A stretch of 64,000 bases of DNA, taken from an uncultured Candidatus Rokubacteria bacterium (lineage in GTDB: Bacteria > Methylomirabilota > Methylomirabilia > Rokubacteriales > DASRDR01). Shown here in pieces: positions 9,685 to 21,584 of this stretch. The notes beneath the pieces are model-generated. The model made no database searches. It had not been told where the DNA came from and saw nothing but the letters and a program-made list of their open reading frames with translations. Position 1 is the first letter of the stretch; each line of letters starts with the position of its first letter. The position numbers were made by a program, and so were the translations under genes. The stretch covers positions 64,001 through 128,000 of the forward strand of contig CAVPSB010000049.1 of NCBI GenBank assembly GCA_963708025.1, written 5' to 3'.

Positions 9685-11006
9685 TCAGGCGGGGACGGCC
9701 GCCCCCGAGAGCTCCCGCACCCGCCGGACGATCCGCTTGAGGACCTCCTCGTCCGAGGGATACCGGGACGGGAGCGCCGGGCGGAGGCGAATCGGCACGT
9801 CGTCCATCCGGTACACTGTGCCGGGGACGTTGATCCCGTACACGGCCGTGGTGAAGGCCACCCGGGCGATCTTGGCGGTCTCGCTCAGGAACGGGTCGAG
9901 CACGACCGTCGGGATCCGCTTGAGGTGCTCGATCGCGACCTGCGGGAAGTTGGCGACCGGATCGGCCGAGATGATCAGCGCGGCGTCGGCCTCGCCCCGG
10001 GCCAGCAGGTCGACCGTGGTGAACTCGCCGGGATTGAAGCGCGGATAGCCGCGGGCGAAGTTCACGCCGAACGGGTAGCCCGTCGACCAGGACACCACGT
10101 TGTCGGCCCCGGTGACGTTGCCGTGGCCGCGCATCGGCTTGGCCAGGAACCGCGTGAACCCGTTCATGTCGCGGGCCAGGGCCAGGAGGGCCTCGGTGTT
10201 GTAGTGCTTGCCCCGGGTCATCGTCAGGCCCATGCCGAAGAGGAGCACGCCGAACCGGGCGCGCTTCATCCGCTCGATCAGGTCCTGCAGCGTCGCCAGG
10301 GACACGCCGGTCTCGGCCTCGATGCTCGCCTCGACCGCCACGCCCTTGACCAGCGCCCGCAGCGCCCACAGGACCTCGAAGTCCTTGCGCGGCTTGATCT
10401 GGAGGAAGATGTCGGCGGCGCGCGCGCTCTGGGTCCTGCGCACGTCCACCAGCACGATGTACCGGTCCTTGCGGCCGTTGGGGACGAACATCCCCTTGGG
10501 CGTGAGCGAGTACTTGGTGAAGTGGCGCGGGTGGGACTCGGCCGGGTTGCCGCCCCAGAAGATCACCAGGTCGGCCCGGTTCTTGATCTCGCCCAGCGTG
10601 CAGGTCACCTCGCCGACCGCCTGAAAGGCCATGCCCGAGGGGCCGTGGCACACCGAGGTCGTCGTGTCGAGGCAGCCGCCGATCAAGTCGGCGATCTCGA
10701 CGGCGACCCGCTGGGCCTCGGAGGTCGTGTCGGACAGCCCGTACACGATCGGGTACCGGGCTCCGGCGAGGATGCGGGCGGCCGCTCGATCGCGTCACCC
10801 GTCGTGGCCGGCGCCCCGTCGACGAGCGCTTCGGGCCGCGAGCCGTCCGGCTGGTGGTTCAGGAACCAGGCCTTGCCGAGGACGCAGGCGTTCTTCGCCT
10901 TGGTGATCCGGCCGCCCTCGACCGTCAGGTCGATGTCGTCGCACACGCACCCGCAGAAGGTGCAGGTCGCGTTCTCGATCACCCGAAGCTCGCCCGTCGT
11001 CGCCAT
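9685..11006 (-). CDS. fwdB: Formylmethanofuran dehydrogenase subunit B (molybdo/tungstopterin, 4Fe-4S); one frameshift near 10782
   Basis: N-terminal CTFCGCVCDD...C; DTTTSVCHGPS; TLGEIKNRAD; WGGNPAESHPRH; PMRGHGNVTG; GTVYRMD. Confidence 0.9.
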
Positions 11007-11009
11007 GTG

Positions 11010-11103
11010 TCAGATCGGGACCTCCCGCCCCCCCAGCCCCCCCTCCCCCGCCCACCGGGGGAAGGGGGGGGCCGGAGGCAACCGACTCCTTCACGCGCTC
11101 TCA
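11010..11103. repeat. Interspersed ~90-bp hairpin repeat, family 1, copy 1
   Basis: GACCTCCCGCCC..CCAGCCCCCCTCCCC..CCCACCGGGGG.AGGGGG..GCCGGAGG core, also at 54471-54565 and 58706-58801. Confidence 0.85.
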
Positions 11104-11117
11104 ACTCCGGGTCGGGA

Positions 11118-11456
11118 TCAGCCCGGAGTCACCTCGACCTCCAGGCCCTTGGAGTCTGGCATCCCCGTCCCCTGGGTGTCTCCCGTCAGGAGCTTCGAGG
11201 ACTCGGGACCGTACGCGATGAACAGCATCCCGGTCGGCAACTCGTCTTTGCCCGACACACATGTTACCTCGATTTCCGCGTCCCGGTGCCGAACGCGCAC
11301 GCGGGACCCGTCGGCGAGCCCGAGACGCTTCATGTCCTCCGGGTTCATCCGGAGGGTGCGGGTCACCTCGCGGTACTGCGCCGACGACTTGTCCCCCACG
11401 CTCGTGCCCTGGTCCGTCGAGCGGCCGGGGATCAGGATGAACCGCTCGGCGGTCAT
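11118..11456 (-). CDS. fwdD: Formylmethanofuran dehydrogenase subunit D (molybdopterin dinucleotide-binding domain)
   Basis: FILIPGRSTDQG...K.S..Y...MNPEDM..LG...G.LFIAYGP...TQGTGMPDSKG. Confidence 0.88.
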   Translation of the reverse strand: MTAERFILIPGRSTDQGTSVGDKSSAQYREVTRTLRMNPEDMKRLGLADGSRVRVRHRDAEIEVTCVSGKDELPTGMLFIAYGPESSKLLTGDTQGTGMPDSKGLEVEVTPG

Positions 11457-11577
11457 GACGCGGCCGCGCCACCCGGTGCCCGGGCAGCCCGAAGGAAGGG
11501 CCCGCCTTCGGCGGGACCCGACCGAGCCAGCGGCTTCGCCACTGTCCGGCGCCGACGGGAGTCTACGCGGTGCGGGC

Positions 11578-12078
11578 CTAGGCGAACGGGTGCTTGGCGG
11601 TGTCCTTCTGGCCGATCACCGTGTCCACGGTCGGCAGGCCCTTCATCGCCCGCTGGATCGACTCCTTGGTCGCCCGGTAGTTGTAGTCGTAGATCTTCTT
11701 GTTGTCCTTGGCCTCCCAGTGGATGAACACGCCGACCGCCACGCAGAGGTCGTTGGCGTCCGCCTTCGGGATCGTCCCGTCGGCGACGCTGTCCACGACG
11801 GCCTTGGCCACCGCCGCCTGGGCCGGGCCGAACATCTGGACCGCCTGGGTGGCACCCTTGATCGTGACCTTGTTGAACATGACCGTGTCCGGCTTCGCCG
11901 GCACGTTCGGAGCCAGCACGGCGAGCAACGCGTTGTGGCCGGCCGTCTGCGAGGCCAGCCGCTGGGCGAACGCGATGCCGGCGGGGCCGCTCTTGTGTCC
12001 GATCATCAGGTCGATGTGGGCGACCTCGTTGCCGTCACCGACCAGCGATTCGCCGAGCACGAAGGTGTTCTTGTCCAT
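11578..12078 (-). CDS. fae: Formaldehyde-activating enzyme
   Basis: [16 protein letters not shown]...GHNALLA...[13 protein letters not shown]...[17 protein letters not shown]...FIHWEA...YNYRATK. Confidence 0.96.
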   Translation of the reverse strand: MDKNTFVLGESLVGDGNEVAHIDLMIGHKSGPAGIAFAQRLASQTAGHNALLAVLAPNVPAKPDTVMFNKVTIKGATQAVQMFGPAQAAVAKAVVDSVADGTIPKADANDLCVAVGVFIHWEAKDNKKIYDYNYRATKESIQRAMKGLPTVDTVIGQKDTAKHPFA

Positions 12079-12191
12079 TCCGTCTTCTCCCGTGTGGTGA
12101 GTGGTGGCGACGTAGCAAACCGAACGGAGTCTGCTGTCCGGGGCTCGGGCCCCGCTTCACCTCCTCTCCGTCACGTACGAAACCAGGGGCC

Positions 12192-12605
12192 CTACCAGTT
12201 GATCCTGCTCGGGTCACCCTGGTAGATCGACCGGATGTAGGCGATCAGCTTCCACACGTCATCGTCCGACAGGTGCCCGTAGATCTTGGGCATCGTCTGC
12301 TCCGGGATCTGCCCCTTGATCAGCTTGACCAGCGTCTCGTCGTCGCTGCCGAACTTCCAGACGTCGTCGAGCAGGGGCATGCCCATCCCCCCGCCCCCCA
12401 TCACGCCGTGACAGGCCGAGCAGCCGTTCTGGAGGTACAGCCCGCGGCCTTGCTGGATCGCCTCGGCTTTCCCGGTGTAGGGGTTGAGCTTCTTCACGGA
12501 ATTGAGCTGGCCGAAGCCTACCGCCAGCGGGGCGAGCAGCAGGCCGGCGAGGACGAGCCCTCCGGCGGCAGCCCGGGACCTCACCGAGCGGCCCTCCGCC
12601 GTCAT
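12192..12605 (-). CDS. xoxG: Periplasmic monoheme cytochrome c (XoxG-like electron acceptor)
   Basis: Signal peptide, NPYTG, CSACHG heme motif, distal MP; ATGA-coupled to xoxJ. Confidence 0.8.
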   Translation of the reverse strand: MTAEGRSVRSRAAAGGLVLAGLLLAPLAVGFGQLNSVKKLNPYTGKAEAIQQGRGLYLQNGCSACHGVMGGGGMGMPLLDDVWKFGSDDETLVKLIKGQIPEQTMPKIYGHLSDDDVWKLIAYIRSIYQGDPSRINW

Positions 12606-13465
12606 TGCTGAAACTTGGGAGGGTTCGGGAGCGCGGGACTGCTGCCTGGGGCCGGACCTTGCGGCGCCGGGCCCCCACTCGTCACTGCCAGGTGAGGCAC
12701 GCCGTAGTCGTCGAGGATCTTGTCGATCTCCGCCTGGCGGCGGGCCAGCGCCCCCTCGAGGTCGGTCTTGAGCTCTCGCTCGCCCTTCTTGACCCCCATG
12801 GAGATGTCGAAGCCCAGCGGGATGGGGCCGTTGCTCTCGAGCGGGACGACCTCCAGCGTGGTCGCGTGCTGCGTCTTGACGAAGTAGCCGGCCCACGGGC
12901 CCCACATGATCGCGGCATCCAGGGTGCCCGCGACGACGTCCTCCATCGGCCGGGTCGGGCGGCTCTCCGGATCGTGGTTCTGCGGGTCGTGGAAGAGCGA
13001 GTACGACACGACGTTGGCGAGGATGCCCCGCTCGGCCAGGAGGTCGTGCGGCGGAGTCCCCCGCTGGACCCCGATCCGCAGCTGCCTGAGGGCCGGGTCG
13101 TCCAGTGACTTGACGGAGAGCCCGCGGTCCTTCCGGTAGACCAGGGCGTACGTCGACCGATAGTACGGCTTCGTCCACAGGACCGGATCGTAGCCCCTGG
13201 GGATCCCGATCAGGACGTCACACTTGTCGGCCTGGAGGGTGTTCCGGACCAGTCCGCGCTGGTGCGGCCACCAGTAATACTGGAGCGGCACGCCGAGATC
13301 CCGCGCAATGACCTCGGCGATCCTGTTCTCGAACCCTTCCTGCCTCTCGTTGGAGAACGGGAGATTGTCGGGATCGCCGCAGACGCGGAGCTCCTTGATG
13401 GGGCCCGCCGTGGCACTCCCGCCGAGGAGCAGCAGCGCGAGAATCACACCGAACGATCGGCTCAC
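12602..13465 (-). CDS. xoxJ: XoxJ/MxaJ-like periplasmic binding protein
   Basis: LRVCGDPDNLPFSN..EGFENRIAE...RNTL...CD...TKPYYRSTY...WGP.AGYF...ISMGV. Confidence 0.9.
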   Translation of the reverse strand: MSRSFGVILALLLLGGSATAGPIKELRVCGDPDNLPFSNERQEGFENRIAEVIARDLGVPLQYYWWPHQRGLVRNTLQADKCDVLIGIPRGYDPVLWTKPYYRSTYALVYRKDRGLSVKSLDDPALRQLRIGVQRGTPPHDLLAERGILANVVSYSLFHDPQNHDPESRPTRPMEDVVAGTLDAAIMWGPWAGYFVKTQHATTLEVVPLESNGPIPLGFDISMGVKKGERELKTDLEGALARRQAEIDKILDDYGVPHLAVTSGGPAPQGPAPGSSPALPNPPKFQQ

Positions 13466-13525
13466 AGTAATCCCCCGTGCCGACGGCCCGCGACAGGCAG
13501 GATGCGACTGGGAAGGCCATGGGCG

Positions 13526-13558
13526 CCCGGCGCCGGAGGGGTGCCCTCCGGCGCCGGG
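13526..13558 (-). terminator. Perfect 15-bp GC stem-loop just downstream of xoxF (terminator or mRNA stabiliser)
   Basis: CCCGGCGCCGGAGGG-gtg-CCCTCCGGCGCCGGG; no clear U-tract. Confidence 0.55.
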
Positions 13559-13574
13559 GTCTGAGGTTGAAGGT

Positions 13575-15359
13575 CTATTCGAGCGCGAAGACGTGGAGGG
13601 TGCCTCCCAGCGTCGTTGCCTTGTCGAGGCCGGCCTGGTAGGCGACGCCCACCGCGCCGAGCGCTCCGAACGGATCGCCGGGCGGCAGCCCCGCCGCCAC
13701 CGGGAGGCCGAACCACCCACCGACCCCCGAGTAGATGGCGACGTACTGCTTCCCGTCCGGGCCCTGGTAGGTCATCGGGTTGCCGATCGTCCCGGAGGAC
13801 AGCTTGTGCTTCCACAGCAGCTCGCCGCTCCGAGCGTGGATCGCCTTGAACCAGCCGTCCATGGTCCCGTAGAAGACCACGTCACCGGCGGTGGCCAGGG
13901 CGCCGCTCCAGGCCGGGAAGGGCTCCTTGATGCCCCACACCTTCTTGCCGGTGGTGGCGTCCCAGGCGATGAACTCACCCAGGTGCCCGCCGCGGCCGGG
14001 GAACATCAGGACGTTGGCGCCCACGTACGGCGCGCCCGCCGTGTACTTGGCCTCGACGCCCTCGTAGTTCATGCACATGTTGTTGGTCGGCACGTAGAAG
14101 AGCCCGGTCTTCGGCGAGAAGGCGGCCGGCTGCTGATCCTTGCCGCCCATCGCGCAGGGGCAGATGTCCTTGACGTCGACCCCCTGCTTGGTCCGCTTGG
14201 TCGGGTCCTCGATGGGCCGGCCCGTCGCCTTGTCGATCCCCTTCGCCCAGTTCACGTACACGAAGGGCTCGGCGACCAGCAGGGTGCCGTTCGTGCGGTC
14301 CAGCGTGTAGCCGAACCCGTTCCGATCGAAGTGCACGAGCGCCTTGACCATCCGGCCGCCGATGTTGAGATCGGCCAGGATGTGCTCGTTGATGCCATCG
14401 TAGTCCCACGCGTCCCACGGCGTCATCTGATAGCCCCACTTCGCCTCCCCGGTGTCGGGGTTGCGGGCGAAGATGGTCATCGACCACTTGTTGTCACCCT
14501 GGCGGGGCGTGGGGTTCCAGGTCCCGGGATTCCCGGTCGAGTAGTAGAAGAGGTTCAGGTCCGGATCGTACGAGTACCAGCCCCAGGTGGAGCCGCCGCC
14601 CACCTTCCACTGGTCGCCCGGCCAGGTCTGGGTACCCTGGTTGAACTGGCCGTAGTGGGGGTTGGCGGAGTTGAAGTCCGCAGCCAGCTTGATGTCCGAG
14701 TCGGGACCCATGCTGCGCGCTTCCCAGACCTTGTTGCCGGTGTTGATGTTGTACGCGGCAACCCAGCCCCGGACGCCAAACTCACCGCCGGAGACCCCGA
14801 CGATGTAGTTGTCCTTGATCACGAGGCCGGCCATCGTCATGGTCTCGCCCTTGGTGGGGTCGGCGTTCCGGACCTTCCAGACTTCCTTCCCCGAGGTGGC
14901 GTCAAGGGCGATGACCTGGCCGTCGAGCGTACTGAACAGGATCTTGCCGGCGACGTAGTTGACGCCGCGATGGACCAGGTCGCAGCAGGCGACGGGCACG
15001 GCCCGCTCGTCCTGGCGAGGGGTGTACCTCCACTTGATCGGCGCCCCGTCCTTGCTGAGATCCAGGGCATAGATGTGGTTGGGGAACGCCGAGTGCACGT
15101 ACATCGTGGTGCCGACCACCAGCGGCTGGCCCTCGTGGCCCCGGAGCGCGCCGGTGGAGAAGGTCCAGGAAGCCTTGAGCCGCCGAACGTTGTCGGCGGT
15201 GATCTGACCCAGCGTGCTGTAGCGGGTGCCCGCATAGTTCTTGCTGGGCAGCCCCCACTGACCGTCGTCGTTCTGGAGCGCCATCAACTCTGGGTTGGCC
15301 GCCGCCCCCAAGGGACAGAGCAGCACCAACATACACGCGAGCAGGAAGCCACGCCTCAT
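13575..15359 (-). CDS. xoxF: Lanthanide-dependent PQQ methanol dehydrogenase
   Basis: Signal peptide; GHEGQPL; vicinal ACCD; GGEFGVRG; WDYDG with the extra Ln-binding Asp (MxaF has D-x-A); CPCAMGGKDQ; no mxaI nearby. Confidence 0.95.
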   Translation of the reverse strand: MRRGFLLACMLVLLCPLGAAANPELMALQNDDGQWGLPSKNYAGTRYSTLGQITADNVRRLKASWTFSTGALRGHEGQPLVVGTTMYVHSAFPNHIYALDLSKDGAPIKWRYTPRQDERAVPVACCDLVHRGVNYVAGKILFSTLDGQVIALDATSGKEVWKVRNADPTKGETMTMAGLVIKDNYIVGVSGGEFGVRGWVAAYNINTGNKVWEARSMGPDSDIKLAADFNSANPHYGQFNQGTQTWPGDQWKVGGGSTWGWYSYDPDLNLFYYSTGNPGTWNPTPRQGDNKWSMTIFARNPDTGEAKWGYQMTPWDAWDYDGINEHILADLNIGGRMVKALVHFDRNGFGYTLDRTNGTLLVAEPFVYVNWAKGIDKATGRPIEDPTKRTKQGVDVKDICPCAMGGKDQQPAAFSPKTGLFYVPTNNMCMNYEGVEAKYTAGAPYVGANVLMFPGRGGHLGEFIAWDATTGKKVWGIKEPFPAWSGALATAGDVVFYGTMDGWFKAIHARSGELLWKHKLSSGTIGNPMTYQGPDGKQYVAIYSGVGGWFGLPVAAGLPPGDPFGALGAVGVAYQAGLDKATTLGGTLHVFALE

Positions 15360-15444
15360 TGCGCCCTCCTTAATCTGTCGGAGTGAAACGTCCCGACCTC
15401 GGATCTCTGCTCTCGGCACAGGGCGCCGACGCCCGCCTCCTCCT

Positions 15445-15525
15445 TCAGCCGGCCAAATCTTCCTGGTACGAGCTCAGCTCCGCGTCCATCTTGATCTCGA
15501 CGCACTCAGGGGTCTCCCACACCAT
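15445..15525 (-). CDS. pqqA: PQQ precursor peptide PqqA-like, 26 aa MVWETPECVEIKMDAELSSYQEDLAG
   Basis: Below ORF-track cutoff; W-x-x-P start and E-x3-Y core (ELSSY); strong SD GGAGGTGA 7 nt upstream; lies between sigma-54 promoter and xoxF. Confidence 0.85.
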   Translation of the reverse strand: MVWETPECVEIKMDAELSSYQEDLAG

Positions 15526-15617
15526 GGCCTAGTCACCTCCTCTCGACCTTGAAGGGGTCTCAGGGCAAGATTGCGTCCCTCTCGGGCAGAACACGACGAC
15601 CGAGGCACCCCAGAAGC

Positions 15618-15633
15618 AGCAACAGGCGTGCCA
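15618..15633 (-). promoter_or_regulatory. Sigma-54 (-24/-12) promoter for pqqA-xoxF operon
   Basis: Minus strand TGGCAC-GCCTG-TTGCT, exact consensus, ~90 nt upstream of pqqA and next to a sigma-54 activator gene. Confidence 0.88.
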
Positions 15634-15785
15634 CACGTCGGTCTCCCGTCACCGTGCGCCGATCCGAAGCCCGCCGCCCCGCTGGATCTCAGTTCTACTC
15701 GGTACGTCGCGCACTTGGCGACACCGTCGTCCCACTCGGCCGGCTCGGCCTATCCTCGGCGCCGCCGCCGGGAGACGGATGTCCA

Positions 15786-15820
15786 GGTGCATTCGGAAAC
15801 CGGTGGTGCAGCATGCAACC
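15786..15820. promoter_or_regulatory. Candidate tandem enhancer (UAS) sites for the sigma-54 activator
   Basis: Two 16-mers GGTGCATTCGGAAACC (15786-15801) and GGTGCAGCATGCAACC (15805-15820), ~150-190 bp upstream of the -24 box. Confidence 0.45.
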
Positions 15821-17851
<2,031 letters not shown>

Positions 17852-17985
17852 CAGGGTCACCTTGGTGTCACCTCGCAGGCAGCGGTGCGGGAACCCGGTC
17901 ACCGGACACACAGGAGGCAGGGAATTCCGTCTCGGCGAGCCAGCGACCACCGGCATACTGCCGGCTCTACTACCGGGTGCCCCTG

Positions 17986-18014
17986 ATCCTAGGGAAGCCC
18001 TCAGCAGGTGTCAA
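17986..18014 (-). promoter_or_regulatory. Sigma-70-type promoter for the activator gene
   Basis: Minus strand TTGACA-17 nt-TAGGAT. Confidence 0.55.
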
Positions 18015-18094
18015 GGGTGGGAAACCCGCAGGGACGCCAGCCACCCGCCGGGCCTCGGCGGGGCGGCGGCCGCTAGAAGACCCCTCCGAGGAAA

Positions 18095-19090
18095 CTACGG
18101 GCCGGCCGTGAACCGTTGCCGCTCGAGGAGTCGCGCCGCCTCCTTGGCGAGGTAGGTGATGATGAGGTCGGCGCCGGCCCGCCGGATGGCGGTGAGCGTC
18201 TCCATCACCACGCGCTCCTCGTCGAGCCAGCCGAGCCGAGCGGCGGCCTTGATCATGGCGAACTCCCCCGAGACCGAGTAGGCGGCCAGCGGCAGCCCGA
18301 ACTCCTGCTTCACGCGCGCGATCACGTCGAGGTACGGGAGCGCCGGCTTCACCATCACGATGTCGGCGCCCTCGTCGACGTCGAGACCGACCTCCCGCAG
18401 CGCCTCGACCGAGTTGGCGGGGTCCATCTGGTAGGAGCGGCGGTCGCCGAACTGGGGCGCCGATTCCGCCGCCTCGCGGAAGGGACCGTAGAACGCCGAG
18501 GCGTACTTGGCAGAGTACGCCATGATCGGCGTTTCGAGGTAGGAGGCCTCGTCGAGGGCCTCGCGGATGGCGGCCACGCGGCCGTCCATCATGTCGGACG
18601 GCGCCACGATGTCGGCGCCGGCCTCGACGTGCGAGACGGCCACCCGGGTCAGGAGGTCGACGCTCGCATCGTTCTTGATCCGGCCCCCCTCCACGACGCC
18701 GCAGTGGCCGTGGCTCGTGTACTGGCAGAGGCAGACGTCGGTGATCACGAGGAGGTCGGGGATCGTCTCCTTGACCATCCGCGCGGCCTGCTGGACGATG
18801 CCGTCCTCGGCGTAGGCCTCCGACCCCCGCGGGTCCTTCGCCGCCGGGACGCCGAACAGCAGGATGGCCGGGATGCCCATCCCGGCGGCGTCCTTGGCCT
18901 CCTTGGCCAGCTCGTCCAGCGACAGGCGCGCGACCCCCGGCATGGACCCGATGGGCTCGCGGACGCCGCGGCCGTGCACGGCGAACAGCGGCAGGATCAG
19001 GCTGTCGACGCCGAGCCGTGTCTCGCGGACCATGCGGCGGATCAGCGGGGACTCGCGGAGCCGGCGCGGACGGTACAGGGGATGTGCCAT
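18095..19090 (-). CDS. hemB: Porphobilinogen synthase (ALA dehydratase)
   Basis: [52 protein letters not shown]. Confidence 0.97.
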   Translation of the reverse strand: MAHPLYRPRRLRESPLIRRMVRETRLGVDSLILPLFAVHGRGVREPIGSMPGVARLSLDELAKEAKDAAGMGIPAILLFGVPAAKDPRGSEAYAEDGIVQQAARMVKETIPDLLVITDVCLCQYTSHGHCGVVEGGRIKNDASVDLLTRVAVSHVEAGADIVAPSDMMDGRVAAIREALDEASYLETPIMAYSAKYASAFYGPFREAAESAPQFGDRRSYQMDPANSVEALREVGLDVDEGADIVMVKPALPYLDVIARVKQEFGLPLAAYSVSGEFAMIKAAARLGWLDEERVVMETLTAIRRAGADLIITYLAKEAARLLERQRFTAGP

Positions 19091-19103
19091 GAGCTGGTTC
19101 TCC

Positions 19104-21584
19104 CTACGTGGGGGTTCCGGACGCCGCGAAGTGGCCGGCGATGGCGGCGGCCAGCGCCGGGATCGTGTACTCGCGGGGCGCGATGCGGGCTTCGAGCCCG
19201 TACTCGGCGAGGGTGGCGGCCGTGATCGGTCCGATCGCCGCCAGCACGACACCGCCCAGCAGGCGCCGCACCTCCTCGGGGGCGAGGAGCGCCATGAAGC
19301 CGCGGACCGTCGACGAGCTGGTGAAGGTCACGACGTCCACCCGCCGCGCGTCGAGGAGGCCGACCACGTGATCGGCGCCCTCCTTCACCGGCACCGTCCG
19401 GTAGGCGGGCGCCACCGTGACCCGGACGCCGAGCGCGGCGAGCTCGCGCGGCACGACGTCCCGCGCCTCGGCCGCCCGCACCAGCAAGACCTCGCTGGCG
19501 GCCTCCACGTGGCCGCGGAGCGCGTCGACCAGGCCCTCCGCCCGGTATTCCGACGGCACCAGGTCGGCCCGCAGGCCGGCGCGCGCGAGCGATTCGGCGG
19601 TCTCCGGCCCGATGGCGGCCAGCCGGACGGCGGCCAGGGCCCGAGCGTCGCGCCCGGCCTCCAGCAATCGCTGCCGGAAGGCGGCCACGCCGTTCGCGCT
19701 CGTGAAGATGACCCACTGGTAGCGGGCGAGATCCGCGATCGCGGCGTCGAGCGGGGCGTAGTCGTCGGGGGGCTCGAGCCGGATGGTGGGGACGGCCACG
19801 ACCTCGGCCCCGTAGGCCTCCAGCAAGGCCGCGAACCGCGCCGCCTGCGGCCGGGGGCGGGTGATCACGACCCGGCGACCGAACAGCGGGCGGCGCTCCA
19901 GCCAGGCGAGCTTCGGCCGGAGCCGGGCGACCTCGCCGACCACGAGCACGGCGCGCTCGCCCGGTCCGACATCGCGCACCCGAGCCGACAGCTCGCCCAG
20001 GCCGGCGGTCGTGGTGCGCTGCCGGAAGCTCGCCGGGTCCGTGATGAGAGCGGCCGGCGTCCCGGGGTCGCGGCCACCGCGGATCAGGCCCTTGACGACA
20101 ACCGGCAAGGAGGCGCCGCTCACCTGCAGGAGGAGCGTGTCGGCCACGCCCGCGAGCCGGCGCCATCCAGCCGCGGGGAGGGAGGCCGGGTCGGGGAAGT
20201 CCAGGACGACGGTCCGCCCGAGCCGCGGATGACGCGGCGGGATCCCGGCACACACCGCGGCCGCCAGGGCCGGCGTCACCCCGGGCACCGCCTCGAAGGC
20301 GAGTCCGGCCGCGGCCAGCGCCTGCGCCTCGGCGCCGAAGTCGCCGGCGTCGCCGGCCAGCAGCCGGACGACGCGGAGCCCGGCGGTGGCCCGGGCGACC
20401 AGGAGCGCCGGCACGGCAGCCCGGGGCACGCCACTCCCGCCGTCATCGGGGCTCCCGGCGACGCGGATCCGCTCAGTCCCATCCGTGGCGAGATCGAGCA
20501 AGGATGCCGAAAGCTCGGCGTCGAAGACGACGACCTGAGCCTCGGCCAGCGCCCGCTGCCCCCGCAGCGTCAGGAGCCCGGCCTCCCCCGGCCCCGCGCC
20601 GACGAACACCACCGGCAGCCGCTCCGCGGTCGAATGGCTCCGTACCCTCCACGTCGAGCGCGCTCGCCTCGGCCGGCACACGATCTCCGCCGCCCCCCGC
20701 GCCAGCATCCAGTTCGCCACCCGCTGCCCCAGCTCGGCGGGGCTCTCCTCGCCACCGGTCTCGCCGTGCCGCAGCACGCGCGTCCCGTCCGGGGTCGCCA
20801 GGAAAGCATCGAGCCCGAGCCGGCCGGACCGCAGCCGGGCGTACGCGGCCAGCGGCGTCGTGCACGAGCCGCCGATCGCCTCCAGGAACGCCCGCTCGGC
20901 CAGGCTGGCCCGCCGGGTCTCGGGATGGTCCAGCGCGCCGACCCGGCGGCACGTCGCCTGGTCGTCCTCGCGCGTCTCCACGGCCAGGGTCCCCTGCCCG
21001 ACCGCCGGGAGCATGGTCTCGGCCTCGAGCAGCTCCGCGCCGGGCGGGGCGAGACGGAGGCGGGCCAGCCCGGCCGCGGCCAGGATGACGGCGTCGCAGG
21101 CCCCCTCGTCGAGCTTCCGCAGCCGGGTCTCCACGTTGCCGCGAATCGCCTCCACGACCAGGTCGGACCGGGCCGACAGCAGCTGGATCCGGCGCCGGAG
21201 GCTCGAGGTGCCCACCCGGGCGCCGGCCGGGAGGTCGGCGAGAGGCTTCCCCGTCCGGCTCACTAGCACGTCGCGCGGGTCCTCGCGCTCGGGGAACGCC
21301 GCCAGGACGAGCCGGGGCGGCCGGTCGGCCGGCACGTCCTTGAGGCTGTGCACGGCGACCTCGACGCGGCCATCGAGGAGCGCCTCCTCGATCTCCTTCA
21401 CGAACAGGCCCTTGCCGCCCACGGTGGCGAGGTCCGCGTGCGACAGCCGATCGCCCGACGTCCGGATCGCGACCAGCTCGACCGTGAGGCCGGGCCACGC
21501 GCGGCGGAGGCCCTCCGCCACCAGCTCCGCCTGGCGGAGCGCCAGCGGGCTTCCGCGAGTGCCGATGCGAACGCGCTCAATCAC
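19104..21584 (-). CDS. hemC: Hydroxymethylbilane synthase - degenerate uroporphyrinogen-III methyltransferase - uroporphyrinogen-III synthase fusion
   Basis: IGTRGSPLA...GKGLFVKE...VHSLKD...GTSSLRR...GGSCTTP (HemC); [16 protein letters not shown]...VPGVT (CobA-like); [12 protein letters not shown]...FTSANGV...FTSSSTV...AIGPIT (HemD). Confidence 0.88.
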   Translation of the reverse strand: MIERVRIGTRGSPLALRQAELVAEGLRRAWPGLTVELVAIRTSGDRLSHADLATVGGKGLFVKEIEEALLDGRVEVAVHSLKDVPADRPPRLVLAAFPEREDPRDVLVSRTGKPLADLPAGARVGTSSLRRRIQLLSARSDLVVEAIRGNVETRLRKLDEGACDAVILAAAGLARLRLAPPGAELLEAETMLPAVGQGTLAVETREDDQATCRRVGALDHPETRRASLAERAFLEAIGGSCTTPLAAYARLRSGRLGLDAFLATPDGTRVLRHGETGGEESPAELGQRVANWMLARGAAEIVCRPRRARSTWRVRSHSTAERLPVVFVGAGPGEAGLLTLRGQRALAEAQVVVFDAELSASLLDLATDGTERIRVAGSPDDGGSGVPRAAVPALLVARATAGLRVVRLLAGDAGDFGAEAQALAAAGLAFEAVPGVTPALAAAVCAGIPPRHPRLGRTVVLDFPDPASLPAAGWRRLAGVADTLLLQVSGASLPVVVKGLIRGGRDPGTPAALITDPASFRQRTTTAGLGELSARVRDVGPGERAVLVVGEVARLRPKLAWLERRPLFGRRVVITRPRPQAARFAALLEAYGAEVVAVPTIRLEPPDDYAPLDAAIADLARYQWVIFTSANGVAAFRQRLLEAGRDARALAAVRLAAIGPETAESLARAGLRADLVPSEYRAEGLVDALRGHVEAASEVLLVRAAEARDVVPRELAALGVRVTVAPAYRTVPVKEGADHVVGLLDARRVDVVTFTSSSTVRGFMALLAPEEVRRLLGGVVLAAIGPITAATLAEYGLEARIAPREYTIPALAAAIAGHFAASGTPT

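Noticed and set aside
12035-12217. Small ORF with SD-like AGGAGGTGA upstream of fae
   Set aside because: No properly spaced start, overlaps fae out of frame, and no recognisable peptide motif.
13575-15359. Calcium-dependent MxaF
   Set aside because: Active-site motif is WDYDG with the lanthanide-binding Asp, and no mxaI is present.
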